A DNA stretch of 64,000 nt, from contig CAVPDY010000004.1 of the NCBI GenBank assembly GCA_963702795.1, positions 358,847 to 422,846 of the forward strand, written 5' to 3'. Source of the DNA: an uncultured Acidobacteriota bacterium. Lineage in GTDB: Bacteria; Acidobacteriota; Terriglobia; Acidiferrales; UBA7541. A program made the translations under genes and the position numbers. Numbering within the stretch: position 1 is the first letter of the stretch; each line of letters opens with the position of its first letter. Positions 30,011-40,671 of the stretch are shown in pieces. The notes beneath the pieces are model-generated. The model saw only the letters and a list, made by a program, of their open reading frames with translations, searched no databases and was not told the DNA's origin.

Positions 30011-32716
30011 ATGGTTAGCGGTCCCGTCGTGTCCCGACACATCGGCAGGTATGAGGTCCTCGAAGAGCTCGGCCGAGGCGCGATGGGTGTCGTCTTCAAG
30101 GCGCGGGATCCTTTCATCGGGCGCATGGTCGCCGTGAAGACCATCACCATGGGAATCGCGGAGAACCCCGAACTCCTGGAGCGCTTTCGTCGCGAAGCCA
30201 TCGCAGCCGGTGGCCTGCAGCACCCCAATATCGTCACGATCTACGAAATGTCGGATTCCGATGGCCTTCCCTTCATCGCGATGGAGTACCTGGAAGGGGA
30301 GAGCATCGAGAAACTGATCAGCCGCCAATTCCCGACGCCTCTCGCGCAGAAGCTCGGTTACATCGTGCAGGCCTGCCGCGCCCTGGATTATGCCCATCGG
30401 CGCGGAGTAATTCATCGCGACATCAAGCCCGGGAATATCATGGTGACGCCCGAGGGTGTGGTGAAGGTCGTGGACTTCGGCATCGCGCGGATTACCGACT
30501 CCTCGAAGACGCAAACCGGAACCCTGTTGGGGACCGTTTCGTACATGCCGCCGGAGCAACTCCGCGGCCAGCGCGCCGACCAGCGCTCCGACATCTGGTC
30601 GCTGGGAGCCGTTCTGTACGAGCTGCTCACCGGCCGGCGAGCCTTTGACGGCGACAATCACGCGGCCATCATGATGAGCATCCTCCAAAACGAGCCGCGT
30701 GGGCTTGCAGACCTGATCACGGAGTGTCCTCCGGAACTCGAAAGTGTGGTGCGGCGGGCGCTGCAAAAAAACGACAGCCTGCGTTATCAGACGATGGAAG
30801 CGCTGCTGCTGGATCTCGAACCGATCTGGGTTTCCCTGCAGCGAGAAACGGTTCAGGAACTGGTAAGCCGCGGACGCCAATTGATGGAGAGCGGCGAATT
30901 GGCGGAGGCTGGCGAGGTGCTGCGCCAATCGTTGAGGATTGATACGGCGAATGGCACCGCCAAGGCGTTATTCGAGCAGGTCAATGCGGCTCTCGGAAGA
31001 AACCGCGCCGCTTCGCAGGAGACCGAACTGGCTGGCCGAAGTCAGGATCGCGAAACTCAGCCAGTATCAGGGCCCGGACGGGCTGAGACGGATCACGGCC
31101 TAGACGAACCCTTGCATCCAACCGTGCGTCGGGATCCGCAGTTAACGCAATACGCGGGACCGGCAAGTGAGAAGCGCCCTAGCTCCGGTGCTTTTGCGGC
31201 TCAGTCGCCGGATGCTCAGGGCAACGGCCGGCAGACGGGGTCGCAAACGCCCCTCACCAATATCGGAGCCTCGAAGCGATCGACTGGCTCGGTCTCCGCT
31301 GGGCAACGCCCGGAGACAGCACGACCTGCCATTACCCAACCCCGCGTACCCGCCGGATCCCGCGGCATCCAACCAGCGATTAGTCAACCCCCGAGAAGGC
31401 AATCAGGCGTGTACGTGGTTGGTGGGGTGGTCCTGGCCCTTGCTCTCGGAGCATTTGGATACTGGCGAATATCTGACCAACACAGACCTGTCGCGACGCC
31501 GAGCGTGAGTGAAGTTGCGCCGGAACCGGCGCCAGTCCCTGATACGGCGCCAGCCCCGAACGCGGCGCCAAGCTCAGGGGTGGCGGCAGCTCCGGCAACT
31601 CCAGCAGCCGCAGCGCCGGCGCAGGCTCCGATAACGCCAGCAGTGCAGACTGCAAACCCCAATACTGCTCAGGATACGGCCCCGCCCGCTTCGGCGTCGG
31701 TCGAGGACCAGCAGCGTCACTTGATCGACCTTGCGCATGAAGCTGCGGACTCCCACAACTACAAGGGCGCTCAATCCAGACTCGACGCAGCCGCCAAGCT
31801 GAACGGTCCTTTGAATCCGCTCATTGACGGCCTGCGGCGGCAGTTCAGCGCCGAGGCGCAAGGGGCCGAATTGCAACAAGCCGCCCGCAAGGAGCAACCG
31901 CTGTGGGATCAGGCCATGCAGGACATAGCGGCCGGTCACCTGGACGATGCCGATAAGGCGCTTCGGGAAATTCTCGTACTCCCGGAGGGCGGGCGCCACG
32001 TCGCCGATGCCGAGCGATACGTGGATCAAGTGATTCCGCGACAGCGTCGCGAGGGCGAACTCTTCGCGCAGGCCCAGGCGCAGGCCAGTTCAAACGAGGC
32101 CGGACATCTGATCAACGAGGTAAAGGCTCTCGATCAGATCCTGGCTGCGGGAGGCATTCACGACCAGGACGCCAGGCAAATGCGCGACTCCGTGATGAAG
32201 CAATTCGCGCGAAACAATGCCCGGAAAAACCGCGAGACCCTCCAGGCTGCGCCCATCGCCGACCAGTCCAAGTTTTCCCAGCTCGAAAATCAATTTCTCG
32301 AACTCATGAAGCGGGCGGACGCGCAGGCGCTCGAACAGCTACAGACGCTGCGGCCGCAGTTCAAGACGATTGCAGAGGCTGGCGGCCCTCTGACGATAGA
32401 CGCCCGCGATTATCAAAACAATGTGATTCCCAAGGCGCAAAAGGAAATCGAGTATCGCCTCGCGAATGCGGAATCCGCGGCAATCGCCAATGCCGCCTAC
32501 GAAGCGGCCGTAAAACAATACGCTCAGGCGGTCGCCGCGCAGAACACAAATGCGCTGCGTTCTCGCGTGCTTCCCGAGTTTCAACAGATCGCTGGATCAG
32601 CCAGTCCAAGGGCGCCGGAGGCGCAGCGCTTTGTGATCACTTTTATTCCGGCGGCCCTGAAGGCAGCAGACGCTCACGGAGATGCGCTCCAGTCCCAAAC
32701 AGGGCGCGGGAGGTAG
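30011..32716 (+). CDS. Membrane-anchored Ser/Thr protein kinase with a Pro/Ala-rich linker and a large helical C-terminal domain
   Basis: Listed ORF of 901 aa. The kinase motifs are IGRYEVLEELGRGAMGVVFKARD, HRDIKPGNIMV, DFGIAR and GTVSYMPPE. There is a TM segment (VYVVGGVVLALALGAFGYW), and beyond it the sequence is Ala/Gln-rich and helical. Confidence 0.9.
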   Translation: MVSGPVVSRHIGRYEVLEELGRGAMGVVFKARDPFIGRMVAVKTITMGIAENPELLERFRREAIAAGGLQHPNIVTIYEMSDSDGLPFIAMEYLEGESIEKLISRQFPTPLAQKLGYIVQACRALDYAHRRGVIHRDIKPGNIMVTPEGVVKVVDFGIARITDSSKTQTGTLLGTVSYMPPEQLRGQRADQRSDIWSLGAVLYELLTGRRAFDGDNHAAIMMSILQNEPRGLADLITECPPELESVVRRALQKNDSLRYQTMEALLLDLEPIWVSLQRETVQELVSRGRQLMESGELAEAGEVLRQSLRIDTANGTAKALFEQVNAALGRNRAASQETELAGRSQDRETQPVSGPGRAETDHGLDEPLHPTVRRDPQLTQYAGPASEKRPSSGAFAAQSPDAQGNGRQTGSQTPLTNIGASKRSTGSVSAGQRPETARPAITQPRVPAGSRGIQPAISQPPRRQSGVYVVGGVVLALALGAFGYWRISDQHRPVATPSVSEVAPEPAPVPDTAPAPNAAPSSGVAAAPATPAAAAPAQAPITPAVQTANPNTAQDTAPPASASVEDQQRHLIDLAHEAADSHNYKGAQSRLDAAAKLNGPLNPLIDGLRRQFSAEAQGAELQQAARKEQPLWDQAMQDIAAGHLDDADKALREILVLPEGGRHVADAERYVDQVIPRQRREGELFAQAQAQASSNEAGHLINEVKALDQILAAGGIHDQDARQMRDSVMKQFARNNARKNRETLQAAPIADQSKFSQLENQFLELMKRADAQALEQLQTLRPQFKTIAEAGGPLTIDARDYQNNVIPKAQKEIEYRLANAESAAIANAAYEAAVKQYAQAVAAQNTNALRSRVLPEFQQIAGSASPRAPEAQRFVITFIPAALKAADAHGDALQSQTGRGR

Positions 32717-32722
32717 GTATCA

Positions 32723-33463
32723 ATGCCTGTTCTCGTCGTAAAGTTCGAGGGTTCCGTGTTGCAAAACGTTCCGGTCAGCGACGGTCCGATCACCATCGGG
32801 CGAACGCCGGATAACTCGATTGCCATCGACAATCTCGCTGTCTCCAACCGTCACGCGCGCATCGAAGTGCAGCAGGGCCGCATGATCCTCGACGACCAAG
32901 GCAGCTTGAACGGGACTTTCGTGAACGGCCAGCGCGTGAAGCGCGCCGCCCTGAAGGATGGAGACGTCATCTCGCTTGGCAAGCATTCGATCTACGTCGA
33001 TGAAGCCGGCCGAACGGAACTCCCACACGGAGCCGTCGCACGGCCTTCCGCGAATGCGGCACAAACTCCCGCCGTGGGCGAAACCTTCATCCTGGACACG
33101 AAAACGCGGCGCGAGATGATCCAGGAACTGGCTGCCGCTGGCGAGCGTTCCCAGCTTGCGCCGACGCGAGTTCAGGTAGCGACCGCAACACGCGTGAAGG
33201 GGAAACTCGATCGGGAGGAATACCCGCTGACGAGCAAGCTCACTGTCATCGGCAAATCAGACATGGCCACCATCCGTTTGCGCGGCTGGTTCAAACCGAG
33301 CGTCGCCGCCCAGATCAACCGCCTCGACGATGGTTACTATCTCGGCGTGGGCGATCGCGTCCCTCGCGTCAACGGCCTGCCGATTACCGGGTCGACGCAA
33401 CTCCGTGACGGAGATCTCATCGACGTTTGTGGCGTGCAGTTGAAGTTTGTTATTCACGAATAG
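32723..33463 (+). CDS. Double FHA-domain protein
   Basis: Listed ORF of 246 aa. FHA 1 is ITIGRTPDNSIAIDNLAVSNRHARI...SLNGTFVNGQRV. FHA 2 is LTVIGKSDMATIRL...VNGLPITGSTQLRDGDLIDVCGVQLKF. The gene starts 7 nt after the kinase stop. Confidence 0.9.
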   Translation: MPVLVVKFEGSVLQNVPVSDGPITIGRTPDNSIAIDNLAVSNRHARIEVQQGRMILDDQGSLNGTFVNGQRVKRAALKDGDVISLGKHSIYVDEAGRTELPHGAVARPSANAAQTPAVGETFILDTKTRREMIQELAAAGERSQLAPTRVQVATATRVKGKLDREEYPLTSKLTVIGKSDMATIRLRGWFKPSVAAQINRLDDGYYLGVGDRVPRVNGLPITGSTQLRDGDLIDVCGVQLKFVIHE

Positions 33464-33826
33464 CCCTTTAGAGCCAAGAAGACTCTCCCATTGAGCTGGT
33501 TCGGCATGAGCATTTGCGAGTGCCCGGCGGGATTGATGGTGGGTGCAAGAAGAATCAGCTATTGGTCGCCAGCGCCACCGGTCGCATTATCCTCCAGCGC
33601 CGGATCGGGACCGCGGCCTTCGGCAAACGCCTTCTCCGCGGCGCGCGTGCTCGCTAGCGTGCCAAGCAGTCCGTAGTTGCCTTCGTGGCACCGCCGGGCC
33701 ACTTTGTCGGCTGGCCTGCCGAGCCGTAGCCCGCCCTACAGGCGAAGGCTGGTCCGGCCTGCGGCCCGAAAAGCGACAGGAGGTCGCTCCCGCCCTTTTT
33801 TATTTTGTAGCCGCCTGCGCTCGATG

Positions 33827-33848
33827 AAAAAAAAAAAAAAAAAAAAAA
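33827..33848. repeat. 22-nt A homopolymer
   Basis: Counted directly: tcgatg-A(22)-gcaaaatc. It lies at the transition to a lower-GC stretch upstream of the recombinase gene. Confidence 0.95.
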
Positions 33849-34264
33849 GCAAAATCAACGGCGCAGTTCATCAATCCCCAAAAATTATTCTTCAGGGCAG
33901 GCGGGCATTTTTTCTTTGTGGGATTTCATCGACTTCCTGACCATTAGTATAAGTAGAGGGGTACTCCGCAGAACCGTCCCTTCGCTGTTCCGCGCAATTC
34001 CTCACGGGAAGCCCTCCGTCCAGAGAGTCCGCCATGTCCTCCCCTAACGAAATACTCGATCTATCCCACCTCCCACCGGGTCAGGAGATCAGAGGAAGTA
34101 AGACCCTCGATCCTGACAGTTTGCTCACCTTGCGATTGATGTTTCTTCTGCTCGACCGGTGGGGCAGAGAAGCACAGTGTGCGACACCTGTTGACACTCA
34201 ATACAAAATCAGCGCAAGGTGAGCGGCACGCGCTCGGCCGCAATGTGTGCCGGCAGAGGACCAA

Positions 34265-35764
<1,500 letters not shown>

Positions 35765-36002
35765 ACGCGATGTCATAGCTTACGCTACATCGATTCCGCA
35801 GAAAAGCGTTCCGCACTCGACCCGGGTAAAACCCGCCGCTGAGGTACGCGACCAGCGCGACTCCGCACCATCCCGGCACGTACGCTGTACCTTCCCCAAA
35901 TCCTGGCTGCCCTGGCCCGCGCTCGACATCTTCGATCCGTCAACGTACTATGGATTTCCCCGGCAGCCCACGCCCTCCAAAAAACAACGAGGATATTCGG
36001 TC

Positions 36003-36722
36003 ATGATTCGTTCCGCTTCTGCTCCTGCTTGCGCGCCACGCGAGCCGCGAAAGGATTTTCCCCGCTTCGCCACGGCTGCGTCTAAGTTCCTGCGGTCTCT
36101 CCTGCTGCGAAATCTTTTCCTGCTTGCGACATTTTCTCTTTGTGTAGCGTCAAGCGCGGCAGCACAGGATCAGCCCCCGCCACAAAATCCGCCCCCGGTG
36201 ACGACCGTGGGGCCGCCGATTGCGGTTCCCTACAATCCGCCGGCCCATGCTGGCATTGCAGCCAGCCAGTGGCAGATTGCCGACGGCTACCAATTCAATC
36301 GTGTTTCCTTTCGCGGGATTTTCGCGCCCTTTGACACCAACGGCTTCAATGCCTCCGTCACTCGCTTCTTCGGCCGCGAGCTGGGCGTCGAAGGCGACGT
36401 CGGCGCCGGCTTTGCTCCGGCCACTCCCAGCGCCACCGCTGCGTCGATTTTTGTGGGCGCTGGTCCGCATCTTTCCTTTCGGGGCCGCGGCCACTTCGAG
36501 CCTTGGGTACACGGACTTCTGGGCGTGCAGCACTTTGAGTTCGGCGGCGTCAGCTTCCCGGCGAGCACTACATCCGTTGCCTGGACATTGGGCGGAGGAC
36601 TCGACTACCGCTTCGACTCGGGCTTTGCGCTGAGGTTCCAGGCAGACTACGTCGGCGCGCATTTTGCAGGCGCGTTCCAAAGAAATCTGCAGATCGCCGC
36701 CGGTGTCGTCTGGAATTTCTGA
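36003..36722 (+). CDS. Outer-membrane beta-barrel protein (OmpA/OmpW-like small porin family)
   Basis: Listed ORF of 239 aa. Has a signal sequence ending SSAAAQ, alternating amphipathic strands, and a C-terminal ...AAGVVWNF with terminal Phe. Confidence 0.72.
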   Translation: MIRSASAPACAPREPRKDFPRFATAASKFLRSLLLRNLFLLATFSLCVASSAAAQDQPPPQNPPPVTTVGPPIAVPYNPPAHAGIAASQWQIADGYQFNRVSFRGIFAPFDTNGFNASVTRFFGRELGVEGDVGAGFAPATPSATAASIFVGAGPHLSFRGRGHFEPWVHGLLGVQHFEFGGVSFPASTTSVAWTLGGGLDYRFDSGFALRFQADYVGAHFAGAFQRNLQIAAGVVWNF

Positions 36723-36767
36723 GCAGAGGAATTAACAGCACGCCGGGAACAAAAATGCGCTAATGCG

Positions 36768-37854
36768 CTAATGAATCTCGAACGGCAAAGGAATCGTTTC
36801 GGCTTCGATGTTCTTGGTGACTTTCTGAAATTTATCCAGATCGAACGGCTGGCCGATGTGATTGCCGGAAAGGTCCTCGATTCCGTTGTCAATCAACAGA
36901 TGATAGGCGCCCGCCCTCCAGGGATCGCGCGGCGTGAAGCGCCATTCCGTCTCCTGTTTGCCGACGGCCACCGTACCGTCGATTTTGCCGACGCTGCCCG
37001 CAACTTCGATCATGCGCTGCAGCAGAGCAAAATCCATCGGCTTCGGAAAATCCACCACCAAATCGGCTGAACTTCCCGCCTTAGGCGCGGTCACCCGCCA
37101 GGTCTTCGGGTCGGGCGGAATGCGATCCGCCGGGCCGCCGCGAAACGCCTTGCGATAATCCTCCGCAAGCGGCACGCCGCGCGCATCTTGCCATCCGCGG
37201 TCGATCAGCAGCGTGTACTGCTTGCCTTCCGCGATCGGCGGCCCGAGCTGCTCATTCGGCAGCACGCCGCGCTTGATTCTGCCGGGATCGAATAGCACCG
37301 TGAGCCGCGTATTGTCTTTGTCCCAAAGCTCCTGCTGAATTTCCACGAACTCGTATTTCAGCGGCTGGCCCTTTTCATCGAGCATGTGAATGTGCTGCCA
37401 GGCTTCCCCGCGGCTCATCGGCGCGGAAAAATAAATGTAAAGCTTCAGACGTGTTGCTGGGCAGCACGCCGGTGGAGGGGTAGACGTGCGTGACGTGCGT
37501 CGTCGCCGCTAGCTGCTCGCGCTTTTTCTCGAATGTCGCTGCGACGGGCTTGCTGCCGGGCGGCTCGAAGACGGCGCGGTAGCGCACGCCGGGAACCAGA
37601 GGAAACCGCGGATGAAAAACGAGCGAGTCGCCTTCGACGGCGTAGGTGCCTGCCAGCGGCGGGACATTTTCGACTGCTGCGCCACTGTAAACCCGGAAAA
37701 CTGACGACCAGCCTTGCTGCGGTTCGGCTGGGCTTGGCTTCCAGCCAACGACTCGGAAGGCGTCTCCTTCGAGTCGAATCGAAATCTCTTGCGCGGCCGC
37801 GGCCACCCCGTACAGCAGGATGACCGCAGCCAGCGCAAGCCTGATTCTCAGCAA
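36768..37854 (-). pseudogene. Secreted protein of unknown function, frameshifted near 37437
   Basis: Listed ORF 37375..37854 has a signal peptide MLRIRLALAAVILLYGVAAAAQ and runs to ...YPSTGVLPSNT. It continues in another frame as LKLYIYFSAPMSRGEAWQHIHML..., which is listed ORF 36768..37418. Confidence 0.7.
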
Positions 37855-37883
37855 GGTGCCCTTACGAACTTTCCTGCCCTGCG

Positions 37884-39027
37884 TTATGGAAGCGCGATGG
37901 CGCGCAGATCCATGTTCGATCCGCTGCCCATGACGACCAGAGCATTCGCATCATCGAGGCGCGCGAGGTGCACGACGCCCTGAAGCTGGTCGATTCTCTG
38001 GAACGGCACGCCGCCAACATCCATCACGGTCGGCGAGGTGATCGGCTTGTAGGTCTCGAGGTTATCGGCCTGGAGCTTCTGGATGCCGTTGCTCGAATTG
38101 GCGATCAGGATGAAGTTGTGGCCGCCCTTTTGATAGGGAACCATGTCGATCGGGCGATTGCCGGCGCCGAGGTCGGCGATCGTGGTGCCCTTCACCTGCG
38201 CGCCGGGCTTCAGGTCGCCCACGGGGATCTTCACCAGCGGAGTGCAGGTGTAGGCCGCGAGAATGTACTGCTGGCCCTGAATCGTGTAGGGAACAAAGGT
38301 CCGCACGGGCGCTTCGGTTTCAAAATCGCCGTGCGAGGCGTGCCAGATCTGAACCGTCGCGCCCTTCTGCGCTTGCGTGAAGGGGTACGGGATCGAGCGC
38401 AGCGCCGAGGACCATTCCTCGTTCGAGAGGCCGGCGACGATCAGGTTGCCGTTCACAAAGGCCATGTCGGTAATCGTCTGGGTGCGCGCGTTGCCGCCGA
38501 AGAAGCCGACGCTGGCGCCGTTCTTGGGCGCATCCACGAGGCTGACGGAGGCGTGCTTGACGTTATCCAGCGGGAGCGCGGTCATATTGCCGGAGCCATC
38601 TATCTTGACGATCACGCCAGCCGCATCCGGGCCGCGTCCGCGGGAAACCGAGAGGTAGGCGTTCTTCGAGATGGGATTGACCTTCACGTCGTTGATCATC
38701 ACCTGATCGGCGGAGGTTCCCAGCAGCGAAGCGACCTTGGCGTTCACGCCCTTGATGTCAAACTTCGGGAGAACCGCTGGCGGGAGTGGTGTCGCCAGTC
38801 TCGATGGCCACGACGGCGGCGCCGACGGAATCGCCAACAAAGAGGACGCCGTTCGGTCCAAAGGCGAGCGGTCCTGCGGACTGCAGTTGCACCTTGCCAG
38901 AAGTCATTTCAACAGCAGGAGCCGGCGCGGCCGGAGTGCTGCCGGCGTACATGTGAACCAGCCCAGCGGACAAGCACATCACGGCCGCCAGGGCCAACGT
39001 AAATTTTAGATAGCTAGATCGACGCAT
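37884..39027 (-). pseudogene. Secreted protein of unknown function, frameshifted near 38780
   Basis: Listed ORF 38758..39027 has a signal peptide MRRSSYLKFTLALAAVMCLSAG and runs to ...VVAIETGDTTP. Listed ORF 37884..38861 continues it one frame over as ...LPPAVLPKFDIKGVNAKVASLLG. Confidence 0.68.
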
Positions 39028-39107
39028 AGTATCTCCTCAGTGGTAAGTTTCGAGCCTCGCAAGGGTATAACACCGTTACCCGCCAAGGTCAACGCTGGAG
39101 GCAGTGT

Positions 39108-39136
39108 TGTCGCCGCAAAATGAGAATGTCCGGTTT
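39108..39136. repeat. Left inverted repeat of the IS
   Basis: TGTCGCCGCAAAATGAGAATGTCCGGTTT. Confidence 0.8.
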
Positions 39137-39165
39137 GTGCAAAGTAGAAATGTCCGGTTCCATGG

Positions 39166-40518
39166 GTGGCCGAGGGGCCCATGGAAACGGAGCGAATCAC
39201 GTTGAGTCAACGAGAACGAGACCGGTTGAAAGTGCTGCACGAAGTGGATCAGAAGCATCTGACGCAGGTCGCCGCGGCCAAGCGGCTGCAGGTAACCGAC
39301 CGCCACGTGCGGCGGATGCTGCTAGGCCTGCGCCAGCGTGGCGATGGTGCGCTCGTTCATGGACTGCGCGGGCGCCCCTCGAACCGCCGGCTGGCGGCCA
39401 AGCTCCAGGAGAAGATTCTGGCGCGGCTACGCCAGCGGTACGCGGATTTCGGCCCCACGCTGGCCGCCGAACACCTGGCCCAGGAAGGTTTCGCGGTGAG
39501 CCGGGAGACGCTGCGGAAATGGATGACCCGGGCGGCCTTGTGGCGACCGCGCCGCCAACGTGTCAAGGCCGTGCATGTGTGGCGCGAGCGCAGAGCCAGT
39601 TTCGGGGAGCTGGTGATGCAGGACAGCTCGCCGTTCCGCTGGCTGGAGAATCGCGGTCCGGCTTGCCATCTGATCGCTCTGATCGATGATGCCAGCAGTC
39701 GCCTCTGGGGACGGTTCACCGAGCAGGACACGACGGAAGAGAACCTGCGCACCCTGCAAGGATGGGTACGGCGCTATGGCCGTCCGCTGGCTCATTACAC
39801 CGATAAAAACAGCATCTTTCAAACGGCCGGTCCGCAGCCGCTTGCCGAACAACTCCGGGGAGATCCCCAGCGCACGCAGTTTGGGCGAGCGTTGCACGAA
39901 CTGGGGATCGAATGGATCGCGGCGCACAGTCCGCAAGCGAAGGGGCGTATCGAGAGACTCTTTGAAACCTTGCAGGACCGTCTGGTGAAGGAGATGCGGC
40001 TGGCCGGGATCGACAGCATCGCCGCAGCCAACCATTTCCTGGAAATGCGCTTTCTTCCCGAGTGGGAACAGCGCTTCACCGTGACGCCTCGTAGCCCGCG
40101 CAATGCTCATCGGCGGCTGGGGCCGGAGCATCGCTTGGAGGAAATTTTCAGTGTGCGCGCCGCGCGCCGGGTGGCTGCAGATCACACCGTCAGCTGGGAT
40201 GGCCATCGCTGGGGAGTCCTGCGGGAGGACGTTTGTGCGGGGCTTCGTGGAGCTGCCGTAGAGATCGAACGACGCTTAGACGGAAGCCACTGGTTGCGCT
40301 ACCGGGGCCGCTATCTCCACCTGCGTCCCTGCCCCCAACCGCTGCGGCCGTCCGCAAGTCCTTCCGGCCTACGGCCTCCAGGACTTGCGGAACGAACACC
40401 GCAACCCCAAACCAAAAGCAAACCCAAACACCATGTGCCTGCTGAGCACCCTTGGAGAAAACCATGGAAGCGGACATTTCTACCTGGCGGAAAACCGGAC
40501 ATTTCTACTTTGCGTTGA
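39166..40518 (+). CDS. DDE (rve/integrase-core) transposase with an N-terminal HTH
   Basis: Listed ORF of 450 aa. The N-terminus is TLSQRERDRLKVLHEVDQKHLTQVAAAKRLQVTDRHVRRML...GLRGRPSNRR. The catalytic blocks are LIALIDDASS, HYTDKNSIF and RIERLFETLQDRLVKE. Confidence 0.9.
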   Translation: MAEGPMETERITLSQRERDRLKVLHEVDQKHLTQVAAAKRLQVTDRHVRRMLLGLRQRGDGALVHGLRGRPSNRRLAAKLQEKILARLRQRYADFGPTLAAEHLAQEGFAVSRETLRKWMTRAALWRPRRQRVKAVHVWRERRASFGELVMQDSSPFRWLENRGPACHLIALIDDASSRLWGRFTEQDTTEENLRTLQGWVRRYGRPLAHYTDKNSIFQTAGPQPLAEQLRGDPQRTQFGRALHELGIEWIAAHSPQAKGRIERLFETLQDRLVKEMRLAGIDSIAAANHFLEMRFLPEWEQRFTVTPRSPRNAHRRLGPEHRLEEIFSVRAARRVAADHTVSWDGHRWGVLREDVCAGLRGAAVEIERRLDGSHWLRYRGRYLHLRPCPQPLRPSASPSGLRPPGLAERTPQPQTKSKPKHHVPAEHPWRKPWKRTFLPGGKPDISTLR

Positions 40519-40520
40519 CA
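40492..40520. repeat. Right inverted repeat of the IS
   Basis: The reverse complement is TGTCAACGCAAAGTAGAAATGTCCGGTTT. Confidence 0.8.
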
Positions 40521-40671
40521 CGCTGGAGGCAGTGTAGAAGGCAACGGTCGAAAAGCATTGTGCTCAAGCCAGGAACAACGCAAGGCAAAACCGTTGCTCG
40601 CTTCACGAATGCAACCAGCATCCCGATGAGCTGAAACAGTCACCACTTATCGGCGATCCGGGTGTTAGAGG

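Larger units (their letters stand above)
39108..40520 (+). mobile_element. Complete insertion sequence (~1.41 kb, single DDE transposase, ISNCY-like by N-terminal similarity)
   Basis: 29-bp imperfect terminal inverted repeats (24/29 matches) bound the element. It is flanked by the direct repeat (A)CGCTGGAGGCAGTGT at 39092..39107 and 40520..40535. An extra internal copy of the GTAGAAATGTCCG motif sits near each end. The transposase stop lies inside the right inverted repeat. Confidence 0.85.

Noticed and set aside
33464-33560. Search for a second att-like copy of the tRNA-Arg 3' end. Partial matches were GACTCTCCC at ~33473 and ATGGTGGG at ~33535.
   Set aside because: The matches are only 8-9 nt long, and one is in the wrong orientation. 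They are not distinguishable from chance.
33491-33940. Listed plus-strand ORFs 33491..33676, 33543..33827 and 33677..33940. Also a minus-strand fragment reading ...EGNYGLLGTLASTRAAEKAFAEGRGPDPALEDNATGGAGDQ-stop at about 33565..33700.
   Set aside because: The plus-strand ORFs are Arg/Pro-rich, and one merely translates the poly(A) tract as poly-Lys. The minus-strand fragment has no start codon, has an upstream TAG in frame, and matches no motif I recognise. It may be a gene remnant, but I cannot support that.
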